Notes under the pieces: model-generated
Databases searched by the model: none
What the model saw: the letters and a program-made list of their open reading frames with translations, nothing else
Told to the model about the DNA's origin: nothing
Translations under genes and position numbers: made by a program
Virus record (IMG/VR): IMGVR_UViG_3300010397_000047
Coordinates: 1 to 64,000 of that record
Strand: one strand, 5' to 3'
DNA from: a virus
DNA length: 64,000 bases
In this document: positions 17,964 through 25,994 of the stretch, piece after piece
Layout: each line of letters starts with the position of its first letter
How positions within the stretch are numbered: the stretch's first letter is position 1

Positions 17964-19038
17964 AGGTCACTTCCTTTCGTAGGGCAAAACGGGCGAAGTT
18001 ATTGGGTTGACGAGGAACATTCACGAACCAGTCTAGCTCCCGCCTGGGCCATCCCTTAACGGCGGAGAAGGCCCAGGAGTCCTTCTGTCCTAGAATCCTT
18101 TGGATCGTTCCTGAATCCGTCCAGAAACCGGAGTCGGGGGGATTACCGAACCCTACCGGTCCCTCGTTCGGCCTAGGCCCCCAAGAGTTTTCGATATGGC
18201 CGTACTCCTTCCCGCCTTCGATGTGATACCCGTCGAGACACATACAGTGGGCCCAGGAGCCTCGCGGAGGTTTAACCCCGTTGCTATCCCGGTTCCCTTC
18301 GAAGCCGACGTTCGAGCAGATAGCGATTGCGTACCCGGAGGCGATGGCCTTCTTCGCTTCGGCCCAGGTATTGACTTGAGTAATATCCTTAACCGGGTGC
18401 TCCTTGGCTATCGTTAGGAGAGCTTCCGGGGGGCCGGGCTTATCGCCGAACTTACGACAAGTCGCTACGCTGTAGACGGTAAGGTCGTAGGAGTCGTACT
18501 TCCCCCTGGCTACCACTCCCCATTTCTGGACGAACTGAGCAGCCCAGGCTCCTACCGACCCGTCTCCTCGGATACCTCCGCCGATCTGTACCCGGCTACC
18601 TCCGTAAGTGACTTCCTCGACGATGTCCTTATACTCGTCCGCGCCCCCGTTCGTAAGGACGATCTGGGTGGCTAGCGTCCGGGCTACGGCGTTGTTAGTG
18701 CCGAAGGAGACGCAAGAGCCGATTTGTCCTTGGTTCTTCGACGGAGGGTTAGCGTTGAAGAGCTTCTTGTAGGACTCCCAGAGGTAGACCTTATCGGGGA
18801 TCGGGTCTTGCGACTTGTACGCCGGGGTATCGGAGAAGACCTTGAACTCTAAAAACCTCTTAACGTCGTCCACGGCTTCGGGGTTAGGAATCCAACCCAT
18901 CTCACCCGGCTCGAAGATCGGCTCCGGGATCGGAGGGAGCGGAATGTCCTTGGGCCAAAAGCCGAGGGCCGCTAGGATGCCCGCTAGGGTCGTAACGCCG
19001 AACCAGATCAGGTATGCCTTCCAATTCTTGGGGATCAT
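17947..19038 (-). CDS. membrane-anchored papain-like (C1 family) cysteine peptidase
   Basis: N-terminal TM helix AYLIWFGVTTLAGILAALGFW. Catalytic motifs QGQIGSCVSFG (Q...GSC), WAHCMCLDGY (His) and IENSWG (Asn). Confidence 0.7.
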   Translation of the reverse strand: MIPKNWKAYLIWFGVTTLAGILAALGFWPKDIPLPPIPEPIFEPGEMGWIPNPEAVDDVKRFLEFKVFSDTPAYKSQDPIPDKVYLWESYKKLFNANPPSKNQGQIGSCVSFGTNNAVARTLATQIVLTNGGADEYKDIVEEVTYGGSRVQIGGGIRGDGSVGAWAAQFVQKWGVVARGKYDSYDLTVYSVATCRKFGDKPGPPEALLTIAKEHPVKDITQVNTWAEAKKAIASGYAIAICSNVGFEGNRDSNGVKPPRGSWAHCMCLDGYHIEGGKEYGHIENSWGPRPNEGPVGFGNPPDSGFWTDSGTIQRILGQKDSWAFSAVKGWPRRELDWFVNVPRQPNNFARFALRKEVTYAMAP

Positions 19039-19042
19039 CGGT

Positions 19043-19318
19043 TTAATCCTTTACTCCTAAGCGGTCTACCACCCACTGCCGATTGCCGTGCGAAAACGGG
19101 ATCGTCCAGTAGACCGTATAATAGTCATAGGGGCCTCGGAACGTCGGGACGGTCCTATAGCCGGAGAGGGTCACTCCCGGTACTTTCCAGCGTAGCCCGC
19201 GCTCTTCGTAGATCAGCGTAGGACCGTCCGGGAACGACCCTACGCTATAGAGCCTCCAGTCTCCCTCGAACGCGAAGGAGAACCACGTCCACAGTACTAG
19301 GTAGAAGACCGGGAGCAC
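19043..19318 (-). CDS. small membrane/exported protein
   Basis: Hydrophobic N-terminus MLPVFYLVLWTWFSFAF. Confidence 0.3.
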   Translation of the reverse strand: MLPVFYLVLWTWFSFAFEGDWRLYSVGSFPDGPTLIYEERGLRWKVPGVTLSGYRTVPTFRGPYDYYTVYWTIPFSHGNRQWVVDRLGVKD

Positions 19319-19320
19319 GG

Positions 19321-20076
19321 CTACTTCACCTCACTGAGCGACTTCGCTATCCGGGTAAAGACTTCGATAGCGCGGGGGCGTAGGTCCGGGTCGAGCTTCA
19401 AGTCCGGGTTCGTACCGAGACTCGTTGCTATCTCCGCACTTATGACCTTCCGTACTTCGATTAAGGCTCCGGGGGCTATCATCTTCTCTGCTACCTTCTT
19501 CATGTCCGAAAGTAGCTCCCCCGTCGTCGTAATCGCTGGCTGGCGGGAGTGGTCGATCATAGCCTCGTAGAGACCTTGTAGCATTACCTTCGCCCCGGCC
19601 TTTACGGAAGGCGCGGAGGTATCCGCCGTATATGCAGCTTGTAGCTTCGCCGTTAGTACGGAGGGTTTATTGTCCGGGCCGGGAGGCTTCGGGTCCGGTG
19701 GTTTCGGATCGGGGGGCTTAGGTCCGGGGCCGGGGTCAGGGGGATTCCCGACGACGAGCCAGCAGGTAGCTATCTCCGAAGCTAGGTTTTCTTTCCCGCA
19801 CCAGGACTCTACCTTGTATCGACCGGGGGCTAAAGGAGCGATGTAGACCCGCCCTTTGGCCTGCGCTGCGATCTGAGGACCGAAGAGCTTTTCTAGGTCG
19901 AACTCCGTTACAGCCGGGTCCGCTCGCCATTTCGGGGGTCCGCCGTCTACGATAGGTACGATCAGGGCTATCCCCCCCGGATTGACCGCAACCTCCGTCT
20001 TCTCGAACTTGACGGACTGAGCCTGTAGAGCCGGGGCGATTAGGAAGACCAGGGCTAGTCCGATTAACTTACGCAT
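19321..20076 (-). CDS. secreted protein with Pro-rich linker
   Basis: Signal peptide LALVFLIAPALQA-QS and linker PPDPGPGPKPPDPKPPDPKPPGPDNKP. RBS GAGGTG. Confidence 0.45.
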   Translation of the reverse strand: MRKLIGLALVFLIAPALQAQSVKFEKTEVAVNPGGIALIVPIVDGGPPKWRADPAVTEFDLEKLFGPQIAAQAKGRVYIAPLAPGRYKVESWCGKENLASEIATCWLVVGNPPDPGPGPKPPDPKPPDPKPPGPDNKPSVLTAKLQAAYTADTSAPSVKAGAKVMLQGLYEAMIDHSRQPAITTTGELLSDMKKVAEKMIAPGALIEVRKVISAEIATSLGTNPDLKLDPDLRPRAIEVFTRIAKSLSEVK

Positions 20077-20114
20077 TGTCGCACCTCAGAAGGAAAGAGT
20101 GAGATTGCCTAGCC

Positions 20115-20129
20115 GAGGGAAGGGCCGAT
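20115..20129 (-). promoter_or_regulatory. degenerate copy of the late-gene leader motif (coding strand ATCGGCCCTTCCCTC)
   Basis: About 40 nt upstream of the 20076 start, followed by a G-poor CT-rich leader AATCTCACTCTTTCCTTCTGAGG. Confidence 0.35.
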
Positions 20130-20131
20130 CC

Positions 20132-20623
20132 CTACTCCTCGTCGTCTTCGTCCTCGTTCTCGTCTCCGGGGTCTTCGGAGCTAAGGCCCGGTTCGGAGTC
20201 CGCCGCTTCGATAGCAGCGATAATTTCGCTCTTCTTCGTAAGACCGTCGAGGGAGATTTCCCGCTCCTCCGCGATAGCCCGAAGCTCCATAACCGTAAGG
20301 GCCTTGTAGTCCGTATCGCTCTCGTCTTCGTCCCCGGAGCGGAAGGTCTTGCTGCGGGCGGGGGTCTTGTCGGAGAGCCGCTCGAACTTGATCGAATGTG
20401 GCCCCTGATTAAAGCGGCGAGCTAAGTCCTGCTTCGAGTCGATAATGTCGCCGGAGTAGGTCCGCGTCGCGCCCTGATAGACGTGGTTCTTGCCGCCTGA
20501 TTCGAGGCACCCGTCGCACACGCATCCCGGAGGGCCGTCACCTAGGTGCGCCCCGGTAATGAGGCGGAACTTCCCGCCCTTCTCGTTGCGAATCCGACCC
20601 TTCGACCGTAGAGTGTTTGCCAT
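20132..20623 (-). CDS. HeH/SAP (Rho-N-like) domain protein with acidic tail
   Basis: LTVMELRAIAEEREISLDGLTKKSEIIAAIEA helix-extended-helix motif, and a C-terminal DENEDEDDEE tail. Confidence 0.45.
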   Translation of the reverse strand: MANTLRSKGRIRNEKGGKFRLITGAHLGDGPPGCVCDGCLESGGKNHVYQGATRTYSGDIIDSKQDLARRFNQGPHSIKFERLSDKTPARSKTFRSGDEDESDTDYKALTVMELRAIAEEREISLDGLTKKSEIIAAIEAADSEPGLSSEDPGDENEDEDDEE

Positions 20624-20652
20624 GATCTATTACCTTTCGTGAGTGAGTGAGT

Positions 20653-20661
20653 ATGGGCGAT
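20653..20661 (-). promoter_or_regulatory. late-gene leader motif copy (coding strand ATCGCCCAT)
   Basis: Coding strand reads GCATCGCCCATACTCACTCACTCACGAAAGGTAATAGATC-ATG (start 20623). Confidence 0.45.
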
Positions 20662-20674
20662 GCCGGTCTTTTCT

Positions 20675-20941
20675 TTAGTTGACGTACTCGCCTTTGCCTT
20701 CGGCTTCGGAGCCTTCGTCTTCCGCCGCAGCGATCTTCTCCGCCTTACGGCGAGGCTGCCAGGCGGTAACTTCGCAAAGGTCTTCGCAGTGCGCATCGAA
20801 GGAATGCTTACCATCCTCCGATTCGAGAGCGAGGGTGCCGAGAGGCTTCCCGGAGTATTCGTCGTAGATCGACTTCACGACGCAAGTACCCTTCTCCGGG
20901 TGCTTCACCTTGTCTCCGATCTTCGGCTTATCGTTCAACAT
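20675..20941 (-). CDS. hypothetical small protein
   Basis: 88-aa ORF with its own motif-bearing leader and AAGGA RBS. Confidence 0.35.
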   Translation of the reverse strand: MLNDKPKIGDKVKHPEKGTCVVKSIYDEYSGKPLGTLALESEDGKHSFDAHCEDLCEVTAWQPRRKAEKIAAAEDEGSEAEGKGEYVN

Positions 20942-20972
20942 CGTCAGGGTTCCTTGAGTAAGAGTATGCGGT

Positions 20973-20981
20973 GAGGGCGAT
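20973..20981 (-). promoter_or_regulatory. late-gene leader motif copy (coding strand ATCGCCCTC)
   Basis: Coding strand reads GAATCGCCCTCACCGCATACTCTTACTCAAGGAACCCTGACGA-ATG (start 20941). Confidence 0.5.
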
Positions 20982-20990
20982 TCGGAGGGC

Positions 20991-21173
20991 CTACTTATTG
21001 TCCTTCGGCTTCGCGTCCTTCAGGGCCTTAACTGCCGCGTCTCTCGTTGCGCGAAGCTGCTTGACGTTCGCGGAGAATTTCAGCAGGTCGGGAGTCGGGG
21101 TAGAGAAGAGGGCCTTGCACTGCTCGAAGATCGCAGCAGTATAGGCTTCGTCTACCGCTCGGTTCTCGTCCAT
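20991..21173 (-). CDS. hypothetical small protein
   Basis: Start re-set to the in-frame ATG (MDENRAV...), which has AGGGGGTGA upstream and a CT-rich leader. The track ORF extends to 21254. Confidence 0.35.
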   Translation of the reverse strand: MDENRAVDEAYTAAIFEQCKALFSTPTPDLLKFSANVKQLRATRDAAVKALKDAKPKDNK

Positions 21174-21266
21174 CGGATCACCCCCTATCTTGGGTTGGAG
21201 GAAGGAAAAGCCGGGGAGGAGGGATGGAAAGCCTCGCTCCCCGACCGACCGCATGATGACTTCTCT

Positions 21267-21635
21267 TTACGCCGGGTTCGGCGAGGGCGGAGGCGTAAGG
21301 TCGTCGAGGGCCTTCACCCGCTCCGCTGTAGCTCCGATCCGGGCTTCGATCTGATCGAGGAGGGCCTGGTCTTCGGGAGAAATCGGGCCAGGGTTGTTTT
21401 GAAGATCGGCGATCATCTGCTTCAACGCCGCGATATCGCCTGAGATGCCGGTCACGGCTTCGTCGATCTTCGCTTGGTGCTGATTGACCTTCGCCGCGAA
21501 TTCGCTAATAGCCGACATAATTCTTTCTCCTTGGTTGTACAGGCGAATGAGGGAGACCGAAATCGACTGAAGGAGGGCTGCGAGCTTCGGGTCGAAGTTA
21601 CACTTGTCCTTCTTACCGAAAAGGAAGTCTAGCAT
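21267..21635 (-). CDS. hypothetical helical protein
   Basis: 122-aa ORF downstream of the MCP gene. Confidence 0.35.
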   Translation of the reverse strand: MLDFLFGKKDKCNFDPKLAALLQSISVSLIRLYNQGERIMSAISEFAAKVNQHQAKIDEAVTGISGDIAALKQMIADLQNNPGPISPEDQALLDQIEARIGATAERVKALDDLTPPPSPNPA

Positions 21636-21680
21636 CTCAGCCCCCCCGTTCGTTATCCTAGGTTATGGAGTGCCGCTCGC

Positions 21681-22913
21681 TTACGCGGTCGTACCGTGGA
21701 GGATACCGGTACGACTGTTGTAGTCGCTACGGAGGCGAGGAACCTTGATCGCCATCGTCTTGAAGCGAAGCTCCAGCCCGCCCTTCTCTTGCCACTGGAC
21801 GATAGTGATATCCATACCGTCCACTAGCTCCGCAACTTCGCTCGTCATCTGGACGAAGATGAGGGTGAAGGTCGAGGTAAGACGATCCAACCGGCGAACG
21901 TCCTGGATATCCGGGTTCTTCAAGAGCATCGTGCGGAGAGTCTCACCGGGGTTATTCCCGCCGCTAACCGCGTAGACCCGATTCATGTACTGCGTCCAGT
22001 CAATGCTGTGATACAGGATGAACGGGCCGTAGAAGAACTGCGCGTACAACTGATCGAGGGCCGCCAGGATTTCGTTGTGCGCCGTATCCGGGGTCCAACC
22101 ACCGCCCGAAGGAGCCGTGAAGTTGGTCTTCGTAAGACGCTGCGGGAAGTTCGTGTACCCGTAGACCGTCGAAGTACCGGTGTGGATACCCGGCCCCGCC
22201 GTCTGCGTAGCGTAGGTAACGCCGGTGACGTTGCCGATGAGCTGATCTTCGAGGGACTCACCGACCCGGCGAGAACACGCTTCGCCCATCACCATATCGA
22301 ACGGCGTATCCGAATTGCGGCTGACCATGAGCTCGCGTTCGGAGTACCCGAAGTCGCTGTGGGTAATCGGGAGAGGCAAGGAGCGGAGGATAAACTGGGG
22401 CGTATCCGTCCGGCCATCGGTCGTGGCGTTCATATCGACCATAGCCTCGCCAGGGTCGTTCATCGCCTGGTATTCGAGGGTCATCTTACCCATGGCGTTG
22501 AACCCGCCGTAGGACGAAGCCCCCGCCAGGTCTTCGACTGCCCGGAGCCGCTGGCGAGCCGCACGGGCGCAGCGACGGTCCAGCTCAATCCAGTCCTCCT
22601 TACGGAGCGTAGCCGCGTTCGCCGCCAGCGGAAGGCCGTAGCCCCGGTTGGCAAGGTCTTGGATAAGGTAGGTACGGAGGAGCGGCTTTCGCTCACCGCC
22701 CGTCGAATCGTTGACGGTATACCCGCCGTCTACGTCCTGGATCGTAACGCAGGCCCGCCCGCGCCGGTCGAGGAACGGCTGACGGAGCCTTCCCCAGTTA
22801 CGGTCGGGGAGACTCAAGCCTCCTCCGCCGATGGAATTCATTACGCCGGTTCGGGGCAAGGCTCCTTGCGCCGCCAGCGTCGGGTTCGGAATTGCACGGT
22901 CAAGAAGAGGCAT
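21681..22913 (-). CDS. major capsid protein (encapsulin/HK97-fold type)
   Basis: 410 aa, preceded by scaffold and decoration genes. LRKEDWIELDRRCARAARQRLRAVEDL resembles the N-terminal signature of encapsulin-like capsid proteins. Confidence 0.8.
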   Translation of the reverse strand: MPLLDRAIPNPTLAAQGALPRTGVMNSIGGGGLSLPDRNWGRLRQPFLDRRGRACVTIQDVDGGYTVNDSTGGERKPLLRTYLIQDLANRGYGLPLAANAATLRKEDWIELDRRCARAARQRLRAVEDLAGASSYGGFNAMGKMTLEYQAMNDPGEAMVDMNATTDGRTDTPQFILRSLPLPITHSDFGYSERELMVSRNSDTPFDMVMGEACSRRVGESLEDQLIGNVTGVTYATQTAGPGIHTGTSTVYGYTNFPQRLTKTNFTAPSGGGWTPDTAHNEILAALDQLYAQFFYGPFILYHSIDWTQYMNRVYAVSGGNNPGETLRTMLLKNPDIQDVRRLDRLTSTFTLIFVQMTSEVAELVDGMDITIVQWQEKGGLELRFKTMAIKVPRLRSDYNSRTGILHGTTA

Positions 22914-22949
22914 CGTAGTTCTCCGCAGTGTAGAAAGTAAAGTAGAGGG

Positions 22950-22968
22950 AGGGCGATACGGGCGATAC
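22950..22968 (-). promoter_or_regulatory. late-gene leader motif, tandem copy (GGGCGATAC x2 on plus strand)
   Basis: Copies at 22951..22959 and 22960..22968. Coding strand reads GTATCGCCCGTATCGCCCTCCCTCTACTTTACTTTCTACACTGCGGAGAACTACG-ATG (MCP start 22913). Confidence 0.5.
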
Positions 22969-22974
22969 TAGGGA

Positions 22975-23496
22975 TTAATGTCCGGTCCAGATACACCAGA
23001 GCATCTTGTCCTCGGTCGGATCGGTGATAGCTTCGAGGGCCATCGCCACTTCCGTCTCCGGCGTGCTCGTCGTAACCTGAACCTTACCGCTACCGGTATC
23101 GACGGTAAGCAGGTCTCCGGCGACAACGTCGTCCGCCGTACCGGTGACGTTCTTGAAGAGAAGGTTGCACTCGCAGCCGGGGAGCGGGATGAAGCCGAAG
23201 AGACGGGTGCCGCTTCCGGTTCCGTAGGCATCGCCCGCTGAGCTGCTGCTCGACGAGGCAACCCCCGCCGCAGCCTTGCCCTGAAGGATGTCCTCCGTCA
23301 CGACGATGAACGGACCCTTCGGACGATCCCCGTCAGCGTCACGGGAGTAAATCTTCCAGGCATGCTTTCCGCCGATAAGGGACTGGGTAGGGTCGATCTG
23401 GACGATCATACCAGGGTAGAGGGTTTCGCCGGAAGCCAGGTAGCCTTCGACCTTGTACCCCCTGTCTGGAGTAAGGATAACGCGATTGTTCTTCAT
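22975..23496 (-). CDS. putative head decoration / capsid accessory protein
   Basis: 173-aa ORF between the scaffold and MCP genes, with its own motif-bearing leader. Confidence 0.4.
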   Translation of the reverse strand: MKNNRVILTPDRGYKVEGYLASGETLYPGMIVQIDPTQSLIGGKHAWKIYSRDADGDRPKGPFIVVTEDILQGKAAAGVASSSSSSAGDAYGTGSGTRLFGFIPLPGCECNLLFKNVTGTADDVVAGDLLTVDTGSGKVQVTTSTPETEVAMALEAITDPTEDKMLWCIWTGH

Positions 23497-23526
23497 CGAT
23501 GTCTCCGGGGTAGGGAATGTATAGGG

Positions 23527-23535
23527 GAGGGCGAT
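23527..23535 (-). promoter_or_regulatory. late-gene leader motif copy (coding strand ATCGCCCTC)
   Basis: Coding strand reads CCCTAATCGCCCTCCCCTATACATTCCCTACCCCGGAGACATCG-ATG (start 23496). Confidence 0.5.
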
Positions 23536-23554
23536 TAGGGACGGTCAATAACGA

Positions 23555-25654
23555 CTAGGCCTGAGCCTTCTTCCGGTTGTTCGTCGGCTCGTAGGTAGCG
23601 CGGGCCGATTCGATATCGAGGATGTCCGCCGCTTCGTTGTCGGTGAGGGTGAAGCCTCCGCCCGGACCTCCCGCCGCGCCCCGGAAGTCCACCACGTCGT
23701 CGTTGTCGCTCGTATTCGCGACGGGGAGAAGGTCCACGAGGTCACGAAGCTCGTCAATCGACTTCGAGAGGAGCTTCGTACCCATCTTCTGCCGCTGGTC
23801 CGCGTCCGCGATGTTACTGACCAGCTTACGGACGAGCTTCACCCGCTCCGCCTTCTCGATGCTCATTGCGTTCCGAACGGCGGACTGAATCGCGGGAGGA
23901 GCCGAAGCGAGCCATTGCTGAGTCGTCTGCGACTTCGCGGGCTTCGCGTTCGCGGTAGCCTTTCGAGCGGGGCGAGCGTTCTGCACGGCGGTAGGGTCGT
24001 TACCCGCACTAGCGTTCGCGTCTTCGGACATGAGCTCCATCCCGGCTCCTTCGTCCGCGTCGTCGGTAGCCGCAGCAGCTGCCGGGGCCGGAGGAGTCGC
24101 ACCGCCGAGCCGGTCTAGGACTTCGGAGAGCTTGCTTTGAAGCTCGTTCACGAAGCCTACCGGGTCCGAAGCCGGGTCAGTAGCGATACCCAGGAAGTCC
24201 GCGAGACCGGCGATATCCACGCCCGCCGCTTCCGCGTCGTCGGCGTTCAACGCGCCCTTCTTGTTCCGCACGGCGTTCACGACGATAACCGTCTTCGTGT
24301 TATCGACGAGCTTCTTCAGCTTGTCGTCGGTGAACTTGTTAAGCACCGCCACGTCGTCCTTGCCCTTCCAGCAGTCACAGTTCGCCGTGAGATACTGGAT
24401 CATTTCGTTACGCTTCATGTTCGCTCCTAATGAATGCCGGGTAAATAGGGATCGAATCTTAGACACGACCGAAGCAGCCTTATCCGCTAGGCTCTTCGAC
24501 TTGGGTGTTGACTTAGCCGGAGCCTTCGTCGGCGCGGCCTTCGCTACGGGTACGGGTTTCTTCGGGGCGAGCCGGGCTACCGGTATCTTCGCCTCCGCGT
24601 CCTTCTTCGCGAGGAGCTTCGTAGCTCTCTTCAGGTCCGCCTTCCGTTCGGGAGACCTCGCGGCCTTCGTAGCAGCGGAGGCTTTCGCGTCCGTAGCTTT
24701 CGAGGCTTGCTTGAACTTAGCGAACTCCTTCAAGGCGTCTCGTTCCTTACCACCGGCTTTAAGGTGAGCCTCCTTGAACTTGTTAAACTCCTTCGCCGTT
24801 CCCTTCGTGCTAGTGCTTCCGCCTCCGCACGGCTTCCCCCAGCACATTCGTTCGTTCACTGCGAGGGAGAGGATAAGAGCGACGGCTTCCCGGTTACTAG
24901 CCAGCCTATCCGCCTGCTGCGCTATCCGGGTCTTCGCCTCCGCGCTACCGGCCTTCGCTGCTTCCGAGGGCTTCTCTTCTTCCTTCTCCTTGCCCTTCTT
25001 CGCAGCTTTATCGGCTTCGTCCTCGTCTCCCTCTTCGTCCTCGTCGCAGGGCTTACCCCAGCACATCTGCTCGTTCACGTTCACCCCGCACCCGTCCGCG
25101 TTCGAGCAGGCTCCTAGCTGATCGGGGAGGACCGCTAAATGATCCGGCTTATAGTTCCGGGCTACCGCGTCGTAGCTTTGCGGCCCGTTTACCCCGTTGT
25201 GAACCGCGCCTTTCTCAGCCGGGAAGTTCTCCGTGAAGAGACCGGTGCTTAGCTCTATCGGCTCACCTTTTTGTAGCCGGGGGAGGATACGGTGTTCCGG
25301 CTTTAGCTTCGTGTCGTAGGACCGCGTTAGCTCTACGTCGAACCAGGTCTCGCCCTCGTGCTTATCCGTGAACTCGTTATTGAAGAGCGTACCTATTTGG
25401 CTTTCCCGGAGTACGCTGGGATGGCGGGCGGATATGTAGTTGCCGTTCTCGTCTTGAGGATGGTAGACGACAATCGGCATCCCATTCCAAGACCCCATGT
25501 CCTTCCCGACTTCCTCCGGGGGGTAGAGGAGCTTACCTTCGGACCCGGCTAGCACTCCGGGGACAATCAGCGTAGACTTCGCGACCAGGTACTTTCGCCC
25601 GTGCATTTCCTCTAGTCGAGGCTTCTCCAGGTTCGTAAGCAGAACCCTTTCCAT
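23555..25654 (-). CDS. scaffolding / prohead-maturation protein (DUF2213-like N-terminal domain)
   Basis: Sits between the Mu-F-like and MCP genes. N-terminus (GVLAGSEGKLLYPPEEVGKDMGSWNGMPIVVYHP) recalls DUF2213 (from memory). Long Ala/Lys/Glu-rich middle region. Duplicated NE(Q/R)MCWGKPC motif. Confidence 0.6.
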   Translation of the reverse strand: MERVLLTNLEKPRLEEMHGRKYLVAKSTLIVPGVLAGSEGKLLYPPEEVGKDMGSWNGMPIVVYHPQDENGNYISARHPSVLRESQIGTLFNNEFTDKHEGETWFDVELTRSYDTKLKPEHRILPRLQKGEPIELSTGLFTENFPAEKGAVHNGVNGPQSYDAVARNYKPDHLAVLPDQLGACSNADGCGVNVNEQMCWGKPCDEDEEGDEDEADKAAKKGKEKEEEKPSEAAKAGSAEAKTRIAQQADRLASNREAVALILSLAVNERMCWGKPCGGGSTSTKGTAKEFNKFKEAHLKAGGKERDALKEFAKFKQASKATDAKASAATKAARSPERKADLKRATKLLAKKDAEAKIPVARLAPKKPVPVAKAAPTKAPAKSTPKSKSLADKAASVVSKIRSLFTRHSLGANMKRNEMIQYLTANCDCWKGKDDVAVLNKFTDDKLKKLVDNTKTVIVVNAVRNKKGALNADDAEAAGVDIAGLADFLGIATDPASDPVGFVNELQSKLSEVLDRLGGATPPAPAAAAATDDADEGAGMELMSEDANASAGNDPTAVQNARPARKATANAKPAKSQTTQQWLASAPPAIQSAVRNAMSIEKAERVKLVRKLVSNIADADQRQKMGTKLLSKSIDELRDLVDLLPVANTSDNDDVVDFRGAAGGPGGGFTLTDNEAADILDIESARATYEPTNNRKKAQA

Positions 25655-25704
25655 CCTTCCACTTTACGAAAATCGTGAAGTTCAGGGAAGAGCAGAATTG
25701 AAGT

Positions 25705-25712
25705 GAGGGCGA
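25705..25712 (-). promoter_or_regulatory. late-gene leader motif copy (coding strand TCGCCCTC)
   Basis: Coding strand reads TTTAATCTCGCCCTCACTTCAATTCTGCTCTTCCCTGAACTTCAC...GTGGAAGG-ATG (start 25654). Confidence 0.45.
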
Positions 25713-25730
25713 GATTAAATCGTAGGGGTT

Positions 25731-25994
25731 TTAGGCAGGGACTTTGTACACCGCCCGCTTCCCTTGATGAAGAATCACTAAGCGGTAAAAGAACTTGCGA
25801 TTCAAGTACTGACAAAGGATATCGCAACCGGTCGGGCGTATCCGCTTGCGTAACGCCGTGAGGTGAGCCGCCACGTTTCGCAACGGTCCTAGCTCGTCGT
25901 CGAGGCACTCGTGAAGCTCTTCCCGCGTGTGTAATTCCCCGTCCGAAAGCACCTTGAGCATTCTGGTCTGGATTGGAGTAAATCCGTGGATCAT
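25731..25994 (-). CDS. stand-alone OmpR/PhoB-type winged-helix DNA-binding protein
   Basis: FTPIQTRMLKVLSDGELHTREELHECL...LRNVAAHLTALRKRIRPTGCDILC...FFYRLV parallels the Trans_reg_C pattern LTp.E..LL..L....g.v.sre.L......vdvhI..LRkKl....I.tv.g.GYrl. No receiver domain. Confidence 0.55.
   Translation of the reverse strand: MIHGFTPIQTRMLKVLSDGELHTREELHECLDDELGPLRNVAAHLTALRKRIRPTGCDILCQYLNRKFFYRLVILHQGKRAVYKVPA

Noticed and set aside
22008-22940. 310-aa plus-strand ORF antisense to the major capsid gene
   Set aside because: Arg/Pro/Val-rich composition typical of antisense frames in GC-rich DNA. No RBS or domain. The opposite strand encodes a well-supported MCP.
22951-22968. Tandem 9-mer GGGCGATAC x2 as a CRISPR or satellite array
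   Set aside because: Only two copies with no spacers. Interpreted as a duplicated regulatory word. No CRISPR-like array was seen anywhere in the window.
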